From contig JBHLRZ010000007.1 in NCBI GenBank assembly GCA_048882045.1, positions 1 through 64,000 on the forward strand: a stretch of DNA of 64,000 bases, in the 5' to 3' direction. Positions 39,646 through 49,413 of this stretch are shown piece after piece (position 1 is the stretch's first letter; the number at the start of each line of letters is the position of its first letter). The notes beneath the pieces were generated by a model, which saw only the letters and a program-made list of their open reading frames with translations, was not told where the DNA came from and made no database searches. The DNA comes from Candidatus Thorarchaeota archaeon. Lineage in GTDB: Archaea; Asgardarchaeota; Thorarchaeia; Thorarchaeales; Thorarchaeaceae. The translations under genes were made by a program, and so were the position numbers.

Positions 39646-39980
39646 TTCATCAATGCCTGTAGTTTGATAAGGTCGTTCATTGGACCTTTCGCTTTCACTT
39701 TTCCACCCATGAATGCTCGAGTAGGGCTAAGAGAACCATCCATGATTGCCATAATAGCATCAGTAGTTGTGGTGATAACAAGTTCCGCTGAATCATCAAC
39801 GCCATCTACGATTTTTGCAGATCCTTCCTTAAAGACAATGTGACAGATTGCATCATTATTGTCCGTAAATTCAAATTGGAGGGTCCTGTTGAAGTCTGCA
39901 TAGCGTGCCTTGTATTTAGGATCGTCCATCTTCCCAACCATTTTTTCAAGAGATGAAATCACTTCTTCTTTTGTTGGCAT
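39642..39980 (-). CDS. SCP2 sterol/lipid carrier domain protein
   Basis: G.LSP..AFMGGKVKAKG SCP2 signature. Start at ATG 39980. Confidence 0.88.
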   Translation of the reverse strand: MPTKEEVISSLEKMVGKMDDPKYKARYADFNRTLQFEFTDNNDAICHIVFKEGSAKIVDGVDDSAELVITTTTDAIMAIMDGSLSPTRAFMGGKVKAKGPMNDLIKLQALMK

Positions 39981-39997
39981 CAATTCACTTCCTGTTT

Positions 39998-40756
39998 CTA
40001 TTTTCCCTTCCATTCAGCAGGGCGTTTCTCCATCCAAGCTTCAAAGCCCTCAATGACATCCTCTGAGCGGAAGAGCTCATTGAAAGGTTCCCAGAGTGCA
40101 CCTATCTCTCGGATGCCCCTCCTAAGGAACTCCTTTGTGAGCTTCTGTGATAAGGGAGCAACAAGTTTGATGTCTTCACAGAGTTCTGTTACTTCCTTTT
40201 CCAAATCAGCGTGTGGAACAACTTTATTCACGAAACCCATTCGATAAGCCTCATGAGCATTAATTGACTTCCCTGTGAACGTGAGTTCTTTGATGTGTCG
40301 CATGTTATACTCATGGGCTCTGATAATCAAGAGTCCTGACATCAGGCCGCGCCTATTCTCACGAAATGCGAAGATGGCTTGGTCTGATGCAATTGCAATA
40401 TCGCAGAAGAGTGTGAGTTCAAAACCTCCTGCATAAGCATACCCATTGACAGCGGCAATGACTGGTTTTGGATAACGTTGTAGTAGTTCAATCGGATCCA
40501 AGATGACACTCAGGAACTCACCGAGACCCTGGAAACCTATTGTACTCATTTCCTTGATGTCAAGCCCAGCACTGAAAGCTGTACCTTCACCAGTGAGTAC
40601 CAATGCTCTCACTGAATAGTCATCATAAGTATCTTGCAAAACTTGCATGAGCTCCATCCACGTTTGACGTGAGAGAGCATTTCTTACCTCGGGTCGATTG
40701 AATGTGATCCAACCAATTCCATCCTTAACTTCATACTTTATACATTCAAAGGTCAA
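39998..40756 (-). CDS. Enoyl-CoA hydratase/isomerase
   Basis: FSAGLD, PKPVIAAVNG.A.AGGFEL, CDI. Confidence 0.92.
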   Translation of the reverse strand: MTFECIKYEVKDGIGWITFNRPEVRNALSRQTWMELMQVLQDTYDDYSVRALVLTGEGTAFSAGLDIKEMSTIGFQGLGEFLSVILDPIELLQRYPKPVIAAVNGYAYAGGFELTLFCDIAIASDQAIFAFRENRRGLMSGLLIIRAHEYNMRHIKELTFTGKSINAHEAYRMGFVNKVVPHADLEKEVTELCEDIKLVAPLSQKLTKEFLRRGIREIGALWEPFNELFRSEDVIEGFEAWMEKRPAEWKGK

Positions 40757-40768
40757 ATGCTGTTCCTC

Positions 40769-42001
40769 CTATAGTTCATCTGGGTCTACACCTCGTAACA
40801 CTCTGGGAAGTGTATAAGGATTAGGAGTCTGTTTAAACTCCTGTCGTCCAATGAATAGCTTGAGAATATCGTTTCCTCCTCCAGTGACTTTGGTCAGCAA
40901 TGCGTTCTTCAGAATTGAGGAAGCAAGAAACTCCTCTGTGTATCCATCTCCTGAAAGGATGACTAAAGCATCCTGGGCAATATCGATGAGGGCATCTGTT
41001 GAGTAAATCTTGCAGATGGCTGCATCGATACCAAACTGAAACATATCAGCTTCGCCACTATCAAGTTGTGCTGCCAACCCGTAGAGATACGATCGAGCCA
41101 GCTTAAGTCTGATTATCATATCAGCCATTCTCATCTGAATGGTCTGATATCTTGAGATTGGTTCATCGAACTGGACTCTCCGTCGACCGTATGCTTTTGC
41201 AGTTTCAACAAGCATTCGCGCTTGACCTACAGTAGCTGCGATTCCAAGCCGCTCAATGTTTAGACCTGAAGTCATCACAGTCCACCCGTCCCCTTCAAAG
41301 AGGATCATGTTTTCCTCCGGCACACGAACATCTCTGAAGCGAATAACACTATTGAACATTTCAACGTCACCAGTCAGGTCATTCAGCTTCTCAATCGTAA
41401 TCCCTTTTGTTTCTCGAGGGATTAGAAATGCAGAGAGATGAGTGTGAGTAGCCTGAGCCTCAGGAGAAGGATCTGTAAGAGTATATGTCATTAGATAATC
41501 AGCTTTGGCTCCAAGAGTTATGAATCGTTTCCATCCATTGAGTACATACTCATCACCATCTTTCTCAGCAAAGAGTTGAACATTGGAAGCATCATTTCCA
41601 ACATCTGGTTCAGTCACACAGATAGCTGTCCATTTCTCACCATTAAGCATCGGATTGAGAAAGCGTTCTTTCTGTTCAGGAGACCCAAACAAATGGATAG
41701 GTCCGCCGCCAAAGACTGTTGTGAGTAATGGATTGATGTTTAGAAAGCATCTCCCGAATTCTTCATTGAGGATAGTATAACCAGTGTAACCCTCACCTCG
41801 ACCTCCGTGCTCCTCCTCAACTAGCATTGCTAGAGGATGAAAACCCTTGTCCACTACAAACTTGCTGAGTTCCCATTGGACATCCATTGCCTGTCTATAG
41901 TCCATTTTGTCTGCGCGTGGTCTAAGCTCTGAGTTCACAAAATCTTCAACCTCAGATGCAAACTTCTTGTTCCTCTCAGTCCACCATGGAAAAGTTTCCA
42001 A
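40769..42001 (-). CDS. Acyl-CoA dehydrogenase
   Basis: VTEPDVGND, LNGWKRFIT, LNIERL, RRVQF..PI..YQ. Confidence 0.92.
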   Translation of the reverse strand: METFPWWTERNKKFASEVEDFVNSELRPRADKMDYRQAMDVQWELSKFVVDKGFHPLAMLVEEEHGGRGEGYTGYTILNEEFGRCFLNINPLLTTVFGGGPIHLFGSPEQKERFLNPMLNGEKWTAICVTEPDVGNDASNVQLFAEKDGDEYVLNGWKRFITLGAKADYLMTYTLTDPSPEAQATHTHLSAFLIPRETKGITIEKLNDLTGDVEMFNSVIRFRDVRVPEENMILFEGDGWTVMTSGLNIERLGIAATVGQARMLVETAKAYGRRRVQFDEPISRYQTIQMRMADMIIRLKLARSYLYGLAAQLDSGEADMFQFGIDAAICKIYSTDALIDIAQDALVILSGDGYTEEFLASSILKNALLTKVTGGGNDILKLFIGRQEFKQTPNPYTLPRVLRGVDPDEL

Positions 42002-42002
42002 C

Positions 42003-42281
42003 TTATTTCACCTCCAGGCCATATCGAAGCTTTACATCTCCGATTTCATTGATTCCTCGCCATGTTATCTTAGCTAGCTTGATAATGTTTCGATGATCGA
42101 TCCATATAGTGATGAGACCCTCATGGTCCAGTTCTCGTAGTGCTTCATCAAACACCGTGGTGTCATCCACTCCAAGCTTTCTCATCATGTCTTCTTTCTC
42201 AGAATGGAGAGCTTGAGTATATTCGAACTCACGAACCAGTAGATTTAGGATTCGGCTTCTAAGGTCAGTAGTCATTACCAC
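42003..42281 (-). CDS. Small winged-helix-like protein heading the acyl-CoA operon
   Basis: 92 aa, L.EL..EGLI....A.IT.RG pattern, 1 nt from the acyl-CoA dehydrogenase start. Confidence 0.65.
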   Translation of the reverse strand: MVMTTDLRSRILNLLVREFEYTQALHSEKEDMMRKLGVDDTTVFDEALRELDHEGLITIWIDHRNIIKLAKITWRGINEIGDVKLRYGLEVK

Positions 42282-42430
42282 CTCTCCTTAGTTTTTGAAC
42301 AGCAAATGGCCGATTTAAATAATCTGTTGGAAATCTTCTGAATTGAAGTTTGACTGTGTTAGGAAGATGAAACTACTTCAGAGATTTGAAAACGCTCTGT
42401 CTTATATTCCCCCAATGTACATAGTAAGTA

Positions 42431-43075
42431 GTGTTTACATTGAATGACACAAAACAGAGAGAGTTCCATGGAGTTGTTGCAAGGTATAGCTTTCACGACG
42501 CTCGTTGGTTCGCAGTGATTGGCTTTGCACCATACTTCATGGCATTCTTGGGAATGGTCACCTCTAGTGTCAATTATCTGGGGTGGAGTTATGACATCGG
42601 TACGTTCTTCGGACTAGGGTCGTTCATTCTTACTGAGCCTATGTTGATGTTCATCCTCTACTTCATCGTCACCATGTTGTTCTTCGCAGGAGGATTAGAG
42701 TGGTATGTCTTGTGTCGCCATTGCCCTTGTTATGAGCACTCAGGTGGTGAGCATGGCAATGAGAATCGTTTCTATTGTTTAGCTAACTGGGCAAGTCCGA
42801 AACTTTTCAAATACAAACCTGGAAAAATCAGTAGAGGTGGTCAAGCAGTCTTCGTCATATTCGTTGCTTTCTTTCTCTTTTTCCCAATAGTATACTACGT
42901 TGGCAGCTGGGAATTCATCTTCTTCCAATCACTTTATGCACTGTTCTTCTATGTGTCCATAAGACACTGGACCTGTTCATCATGTCCGAATTTTGGTTGT
43001 ATTCTGAATTGTGTGCCTGAGGAGAAGAGGGAGGCATTCCTCAGAGCCATGGAATCAGGCGAAATATACCACTAG
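42431..43075 (+). CDS. Cys-motif membrane protein of unknown function
   Basis: About 4 TM helices, CRHCPCY and CSSCPNFGCILNC. Confidence 0.75.
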   Translation: MFTLNDTKQREFHGVVARYSFHDARWFAVIGFAPYFMAFLGMVTSSVNYLGWSYDIGTFFGLGSFILTEPMLMFILYFIVTMLFFAGGLEWYVLCRHCPCYEHSGGEHGNENRFYCLANWASPKLFKYKPGKISRGGQAVFVIFVAFFLFFPIVYYVGSWEFIFFQSLYALFFYVSIRHWTCSSCPNFGCILNCVPEEKREAFLRAMESGEIYH

Positions 43076-43126
43076 AATGTACCATCAATAACATTTTAGA
43101 CCCGAGGTCCAAGCACAAATTCACAG

Positions 43127-44029
43127 ATGCAACTACAAGCTGAATTTCTTATTGGGAGTCTAATTGGACTACTAGCAGCATTTCTCTGGGCGATGGCAAC
43201 CAATGTCTACAAGTCTCAGAGCGATGAGGCAACCCCTTTAGCTATATCTACATTAAAGACATGGTTGTCCTTGGTCGTTATGGCAGCTTTAGTAATGCTA
43301 CCATTTCGAACAGTTCCCTTCTATGTGTCAATTGATGCTACAATTTTTCTCGCCGCGTCAGTGACGATAGGACTGGTCATAGGAGACCTTGCATTCCTGA
43401 CAGCTCAGGAACGAATCGGAGTTTCGTATGCCTATCCCATTGCTACTACATTTCCTATTTTCACCTACATTATTGCAATATTCCTTGTTGACGAGGTGCT
43501 TCTGCTGACACGTTTCTTTGGCATATTCCTTGCTGTTGGAGGGGTGATGTTGATTACCAGAGCACAAGCCTCCTCACAGAATGAGGAAGGATCTGGTAAT
43601 TTTGATAAGATTGGATTCCTGCTAGCACTCTTCACAGCACTGTGCTGGGCTGTAGGTAGTGTCTTGCTTCAGATCGGGGTCGCTGATGTAGATCCAATAG
43701 ATGCAAACTTTGTGCGTATGGTTTTTGGGGCGGGAGTCATTGCACCTCTGTTTGCAGGGGCAGTGAAACGAGGTATGCCCAAACCTACGCGGAGAGCCAC
43801 AAAGATAGTGCTTGTTGCGGCTTTCTTCGGAATGGCTTGGGGGTCTCTTCTTTACACATATGCTGTGAAGGTGATTGGTGCAGCTGTTGCATCAGTTTTG
43901 GGATCGATCTCTCCTCTGTTTGCTCTCCCAATCTCAATTTTCTTCTTGAAAGAGAAATTCTCACATATGTCAATTCTCGGAGCCCTGATGACTGTATCAG
44001 GTGTCATCATGGTCGTCTTGATCGTCTAA
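43127..44029 (+). CDS. DMT/EamA-family transporter
   Basis: 10 TM helices in two EamA repeats. Confidence 0.88.
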   Translation: MQLQAEFLIGSLIGLLAAFLWAMATNVYKSQSDEATPLAISTLKTWLSLVVMAALVMLPFRTVPFYVSIDATIFLAASVTIGLVIGDLAFLTAQERIGVSYAYPIATTFPIFTYIIAIFLVDEVLLLTRFFGIFLAVGGVMLITRAQASSQNEEGSGNFDKIGFLLALFTALCWAVGSVLLQIGVADVDPIDANFVRMVFGAGVIAPLFAGAVKRGMPKPTRRATKIVLVAAFFGMAWGSLLYTYAVKVIGAAVASVLGSISPLFALPISIFFLKEKFSHMSILGALMTVSGVIMVVLIV

Positions 44030-45099
44030 ATCCACTCTCTCCCTTTGAAATACATCACAAGGAATCCTGTCACCAGAAGTGTAGCAACGAGAAAAACCGG
44101 ATACCCAAAAACGCCCAATACCTCAATCTCTGGAATCCATTGAAAATTCATTCCATAGATACTAGCCATCAGAGTGAGAGGAATGACAATAGTTGACACA
44201 ACTGTCAGGACCTTCATGACCTCGTTCATCTTGTTGTTTACGCTTGAGAGATAGATATCGAGCATCCCTGTTATTGATTCACGATAGGTTTCAACATGGT
44301 CAGTCACACGAATAACATGGTCGTACAGGTCCCTGAGGAAGACCTGAGTTTCCTCAACAACATAGCTAGTGGCATCTCTCTGCATCTTCAGTACAACCTC
44401 TCGTAAAGGCCAGATATGTCTTCTAAACGAAAGGAGGTCTCTTTTGATTCTGTAAATACGATTCAACATCTCAGGAGTAGCGCGTTCGATAAGTTCATCC
44501 TCCAGATCCTCAATCATGTCACCTAATTTTTCTAGAACTACAAAGTACTCGTCAACCAATAAATCAAGGATAGTATATGTCAGATAGTCTGAGCCACTAA
44601 ATCGAATTCGGCTACCTCCACTCCTCGCTCTCATACGAATTTGATCAAAGAGGTCATCAGCAGATTCTTGGAAAGAGAGTACAAAGTTCTTCCCGAATAC
44701 TAAAGAAACCTGTTCTGAATGGAGTCGGAGTTCCTTCTCTTGGAAGTTATATGCTCTAAGTACAATGTAGATACTTTTTGGCATCACTTCAAACTTTGGC
44801 CGCTGTCCCACACTGGGAATATCCTCCATAATTAGTGGATGAAGATTGTAGTAGTTCGATATAGTCTTCACGATTTCTACATCATGAACACCCCGAACGT
44901 GTATCCATTTGGTCACCGATGGATCCTTGGAGGGGCTACAATCATCAAGCGAATCTGCGAAGTACTCCCTCATCTGCCCCTCTGAAAATTCCATCACACT
45001 GATGATGACCTCTTCCACTCGTTCAATTCCAGTATGAATGACTGTTCCTGGTGGAAGTCCAACTTTCTCAGACATATCATCCTGACTCATTTGGACCAC
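44026..45099 (-). CDS. corA: Magnesium/cobalt transporter CorA
   Basis: GLPPGT, LHPL.MED, QRPK, NEVMKVLT, YGMNF. Confidence 0.95.
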   Translation of the reverse strand: MVQMSQDDMSEKVGLPPGTVIHTGIERVEEVIISVMEFSEGQMREYFADSLDDCSPSKDPSVTKWIHVRGVHDVEIVKTISNYYNLHPLIMEDIPSVGQRPKFEVMPKSIYIVLRAYNFQEKELRLHSEQVSLVFGKNFVLSFQESADDLFDQIRMRARSGGSRIRFSGSDYLTYTILDLLVDEYFVVLEKLGDMIEDLEDELIERATPEMLNRIYRIKRDLLSFRRHIWPLREVVLKMQRDATSYVVEETQVFLRDLYDHVIRVTDHVETYRESITGMLDIYLSSVNNKMNEVMKVLTVVSTIVIPLTLMASIYGMNFQWIPEIEVLGVFGYPVFLVATLLVTGFLVMYFKGREWI

Positions 45100-45236
45100 A
45101 CTGGAGAACAGATGAAACGAATATTAGAAAGTGAGGATTACCTAAGCGTTACTGAATATAACCTGCTCTATACAATGGTAAAGCATTATGGAATTTTGTT
45201 TTAGGTAAATTAGTCGAAAAAAAAATCGGTATTGGG

Positions 45237-46049
45237 TTACTTCTTGTTTACGTAATCCAAAAAAGCTTTAACGACCATGTGAAATTTGGGATCTGCGACA
45301 ACAGTAATGTGGTCTTTTCCTTCGATTTGGAATTGACAAGAATCTGGTATTAATTGAGCTCCTGTGGATTTACCTCTTTTAATAACATCGTCATCAGCTC
45401 CGAAAACAGCCATAACTGGCACATTGACTTTAGTAAGAGCTTTTTTCCTTTCAGGATTAGATGGGAGTATACCATCCGGACGTTGAATGTCCCCTTCCAA
45501 AACATACACCAAAGCTTCGAGATCTTGTGAGTCAGATTCAGGATATTCTGAAATTGCTTTTCGGAGTCTCATAGCTGCTTTATCGTTAACATCATCAAGA
45601 TTTGCTTTCTTTAGTCCTTTTATCCATCTTTTCATCATATTTTTTGCAAGGAATTTTGTAGTTCTGCTAGGATAGTAGAGTGGAAATCCTCCAAGAACAG
45701 CACTAAGAAAGCGTTCTTGCTTTTGAAGCAAAATATCTGTAGCTATCCGTGCTCCCATAGAATATCCAAAGAAATTAGCCTTCTTAATAGATAAATGATC
45801 AAGCAATTTAACGATATCATCGTTCATCATTTCTCCATACTGGGCCGAATCTTTCGGTTTATCGCTTTTCCCGTGCCCACGACAATCTACAAGTATTAGT
45901 TTATAATCATCCTTTAGAACATCTACCCAATTAGTAGCTTTCCAATTAGCTTCGATATTTGCGGCAAACCCATGAATCATTATAACAGGTGGCCCATCCC
46001 CTACAATCTCATAGTATATTTTGACTCCTTCATTATCAAAAAATGGCAT
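45237..46049 (-). CDS. Alpha/beta hydrolase
   Basis: HGF, DCRGHGKS, GYSMG nucleophile, Asp/His (GADD, KDH). Confidence 0.9.
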   Translation of the reverse strand: MPFFDNEGVKIYYEIVGDGPPVIMIHGFAANIEANWKATNWVDVLKDDYKLILVDCRGHGKSDKPKDSAQYGEMMNDDIVKLLDHLSIKKANFFGYSMGARIATDILLQKQERFLSAVLGGFPLYYPSRTTKFLAKNMMKRWIKGLKKANLDDVNDKAAMRLRKAISEYPESDSQDLEALVYVLEGDIQRPDGILPSNPERKKALTKVNVPVMAVFGADDDVIKRGKSTGAQLIPDSCQFQIEGKDHITVVADPKFHMVVKAFLDYVNKK

Positions 46050-46208
46050 TGTTATTATTCCTCATTAAATTCTTAGTTTATACATTCATCGTGTTACTTG
46101 TCGAACGCTCTTAAAACAACATTTGTATTCTGTTTGGCTTATCTAAGTGAGGATTACTTTCAAGTCAGATATAAGAAAGGAACCGATTCTTCATTTTCAT
46201 CAGTTGTA

Positions 46209-46796
46209 TTAGTCATTCATTCCTTTTCCGTCGAGAATCTTCTGCATATACTTTTCAATCCTTGACACCCGAGTTTTGGATTGCTTGGGTTGGGAAAAAT
46301 AAAGAAGGTAAGCTCTTTGTCGTCCCGGGGTTAATGCATCAAAGGCAGTTTTCAATGCAGGATTTTCATTTAGTTTGCTTTGAAATTCTTCAGGAATTTT
46401 GTATTCTCTAGTCTTTTTGAAATCCACCTTCAAACCGGATTTTTCCACTTCAATTGCTTTCTTGATGTAATCCTTCAGGATAGGTTCCATCTCGACTATT
46501 TCTTGAAGATTGGTGAAACGGATCTGACGCGCAGCTTGCGTATTCTCTGTCTGTTGAACTAGTATATTCTTGGTATCCTTCAGCAAAGCACCTTTCACAA
46601 AAAGAAATGCACAGTATTCTTTGAATCCATGAATTAAAACTACGTTACTCTTTTGAAATGTGTAACAAGGAACACCCCACTTGAATTCCTCTGTTAATCC
46701 ACAGTCAAGAGTAATCATTCTCAGCCTCTCAAATTCTTCCTGCCATTTTTTGGCTCTGTTTAGAAATGCATCAACCTTGGGATTGGTCTTTGTCAT
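46209..46796 (-). CDS. YdeI/OmpD-associated (DUF1801) protein
   Basis: EEFKWGVPCY, FVKGALLKD, LTPGRQRAY, KQSKTR. Confidence 0.9.
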   Translation of the reverse strand: MTKTNPKVDAFLNRAKKWQEEFERLRMITLDCGLTEEFKWGVPCYTFQKSNVVLIHGFKEYCAFLFVKGALLKDTKNILVQQTENTQAARQIRFTNLQEIVEMEPILKDYIKKAIEVEKSGLKVDFKKTREYKIPEEFQSKLNENPALKTAFDALTPGRQRAYLLYFSQPKQSKTRVSRIEKYMQKILDGKGMND

Positions 46797-46970
46797 GAAA
46801 TGTTATTCGAGATTGTGTGCTTATTTCACTTTGTTTATGCCCGCATCGCCTGATACTCGATGCTGTTTTCACGGAAATTGCAAATTGTCCGGACAAGTCC
46901 ATGGGTTTAGTATTTTTTATTAGGAATGGAGCTATGTTATCATATTCACTCTATTTGGGGGTCGTACGTA

Positions 46971-47537
46971 TTGAGCTCGTCTTTAACCACTGGTGGCACA
47001 TGGAAGACAGTGTTGATTGGTGATGCCGCTGTGGGAAAGACAAGCATCCGCAGGAAGTACTTAGGCGAGGGTTTCATCACCAGTCATATTGCCACTCTTG
47101 GTGTGGATTTCGCGCAGAAGCATATCTATCATGATGGAAGAACCCATCGACTGATCATCTGGGATTTATCAGGTCAGTCCGGTTTTGAAAGAGTCCGGAG
47201 GCATTACTATCATGGATGCAGTTCCATGATTCTCGTCTATTCAATATCTGATCGTGAATCGTTTGACAACGCATCAAAATGGCTTGTTGAAGCATTCAAG
47301 TACATGGGAGAGATTCCTCCAACAATCGTAGTTGGAAACAAAATCGATCTGCGTTCAACATATCCAGAGAAGGAATTCATAACAACTCAAGAAGGTTTGG
47401 ATTTCGCAGAGCGCTTCAAGAAGATACTTAACGTATCAACAATATTCATTGAAACAAGTGCGAAAACAGGAGAGAACATTCAGGACGCGTTTAGGCAATT
47501 GGTTGATCTCATGATAATAGAGGAGTCCAAGGGCTGA
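46971..47537 (+). CDS. Rab/Ras-like small GTPase
   Basis: GDAAVGKTS, TLGVDF, WDLSGQ, NKID, ETSAK. Start at TTG 46971. Confidence 0.92.
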   Translation: MSSSLTTGGTWKTVLIGDAAVGKTSIRRKYLGEGFITSHIATLGVDFAQKHIYHDGRTHRLIIWDLSGQSGFERVRRHYYHGCSSMILVYSISDRESFDNASKWLVEAFKYMGEIPPTIVVGNKIDLRSTYPEKEFITTQEGLDFAERFKKILNVSTIFIETSAKTGENIQDAFRQLVDLMIIEESKG

Positions 47538-47652
47538 TTAGTTCCAATTAGCAAATCCTAGCTGATTTCAATGATAGAGTATATTTCCGCATGAAATACG
47601 ATTAAAAAGAGAATTTCTATAGAAAACATATTTGAAACAGTGAGGCATTCTA

Positions 47653-48216
47653 GTGAGCTTTCTTACACCTGGTGGAGCCACCTTCAAAACGGTCCTTATA
47701 GGAGATCCAGCAGTAGGTAAGACTAGCATACGTCGGAAGTACTTGGGAAAGGGATTCATCTCAAGTCACATCGCGACTATTGGAGTTGACTTTGCACAGA
47801 AGTATACTCATCATAAGGGAGAAACTCATCGGCTCGTTATTTGGGATTTAGCAGGTCAGTACAGCTTTGAGAGTGTGAGGAGACACTACTATGTGGGGTG
47901 TAGCTCTCTGATATTTGTGTACTCAGTGATAGATCGTGAATCATTTGAGAGGGCGGCACAATGGTTTGTTGAAGTATACAAATATCTTGGTGAAGTACCA
48001 CCGACAGCCATCATCGGGAATAAGGTTGACCTCAAACCAGAGTTTTCTGGGAATGATATTGTCACCACTGAAGAAGGGCGAGCGTTTGCAGAGTATTTCA
48101 CTCAGAAGCTGGGAGTACCATCGGTGTTCACTGAAACATCCGCCAAGACTGGTGAACAAATCCAAGAAGCATTCAGTTCTCTTGTGGGTTTGATGTGTGA
48201 TGCAGCTGGAATCTAG
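47653..48216 (+). CDS. Rab/Ras-like small GTPase (tandem paralog)
   Basis: GDPAVGKTS, TIGVDF, WDLAGQ, NKVD, ETSAK. Confidence 0.93.
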   Translation: MSFLTPGGATFKTVLIGDPAVGKTSIRRKYLGKGFISSHIATIGVDFAQKYTHHKGETHRLVIWDLAGQYSFESVRRHYYVGCSSLIFVYSVIDRESFERAAQWFVEVYKYLGEVPPTAIIGNKVDLKPEFSGNDIVTTEEGRAFAEYFTQKLGVPSVFTETSAKTGEQIQEAFSSLVGLMCDAAGI

Positions 48217-48377
48217 GCTTTTTCCTCTCTAGAGGCCCAACTAGCCCTCTTTTTCCAAAACTCGAGAATGCTCTTCTTTAGAGGAATCTGTTCACCTATT
48301 CTGCAATCATGACAGAGATTGACTTCCTCTGATCCATGAACCTCATACTTGGCACCGCACGATTCACACTCCTTCAT
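48213..48377 (-). CDS. Small zinc-finger protein (54 aa), absent from ORF track
   Basis: MKECESCGAKYEVHGSEEVNLCHDCRIGEQIPLKKSILEFWKKRASWASREEKA. CxxC-x14-CxxC, CTAG stop overlap with the GTPase gene. Confidence 0.7.
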   Translation of the reverse strand: MKECESCGAKYEVHGSEEVNLCHDCRIGEQIPLKKSILEFWKKRASWASREEKA

Positions 48378-48525
48378 CCCTAAAATCAACCCTGACAGTA
48401 AGTGAGATCTGGAATAATAAGAAACGTCATCAACGCAGCCTTGCTCGAATTTTGGAGAAATTACGTTAAACGTTTCAATATTAAGTCAATAATCCATTCC
48501 TTAGAATCACTGAGGTGATTCGAGA

Positions 48526-49374
48526 TTGCGTCCAGCCAGGTCTGAATTGATTAACAAAATACTCCTGGCATTAGACAAGCAGCCATCATCCATCTATGAT
48601 ATACTCTATTCCTTAACCAACTACTCAGACCCAAGACGGACAAGGCTTCCAAAACTACTGAAATCTATGGAAGATGATGGACTCGTAAAAAGTGCACTTC
48701 AGCCCGGACCATTAGGCCCCTATAGACGTGTGTATGAACTTGGGCCTGAGGCTGAATCAAACATGAGACACAACCTCAAGAACAGTCTTGAAACAATTCT
48801 ACACTTCTATGATGCTTATAGAAAGGAGAACCCTCAGAAGCTGTATGACTTTCCCAATGAGATGCAAAATAAAAGACCTGCTGGAAAAATCCTATTTGCT
48901 GCATTCCCAGCGATGACAACAGATGATGTTGAAACGATCCGAGAAATCCTGACTTCATCTGAGCAGTCTTCTATCTCTATCATAGGCCCTCATCAGATAC
49001 TTACGAAGACTGGCATCAAGTTCGATTATGTTGGTGAAAATGCTACTAAAATTACTTCTGAGAATAAGACCTTCTCCGAAATCTATTTCAACGGAATTCC
49101 AAATCTCGATGATTTGGACAAAGCAATCTCTGAGTGCAAAAGGATAATGGTAAGAAAGGGAGTTTTGAAAATCAATATTCCATTTGCTTATTTCGAGGAT
49201 CCTGTTAGACCAGCAATTGGGGAGTTCATTCAGATCACTGCAACTAACCTATTTCCAGAACTGGGTATTGTTGAAGGAACGAAAGTGAAGGAGGTTCTAG
49301 AGAAGTACTTCCCAAAGAACGGTATGTACGAAACCAGTCTTGGGGAAGTGGTCTTTTGGGCTGTCAAATCATAA
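48526..49374 (+). CDS. PadR-like winged-helix regulator with methyltransferase-like C-terminal domain
   Basis: LL.SME.DGLV....GP.GPYRRVYEL. C-terminal ..AISECKRIM...G.L pattern. Confidence 0.7.
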   Translation: MRPARSELINKILLALDKQPSSIYDILYSLTNYSDPRRTRLPKLLKSMEDDGLVKSALQPGPLGPYRRVYELGPEAESNMRHNLKNSLETILHFYDAYRKENPQKLYDFPNEMQNKRPAGKILFAAFPAMTTDDVETIREILTSSEQSSISIIGPHQILTKTGIKFDYVGENATKITSENKTFSEIYFNGIPNLDDLDKAISECKRIMVRKGVLKINIPFAYFEDPVRPAIGEFIQITATNLFPELGIVEGTKVKEVLEKYFPKNGMYETSLGEVVFWAVKS

Positions 49375-49413
49375 CCTCAGCACCGAGTACCTGAAGAGCA
49401 AGAAAAATATGGA

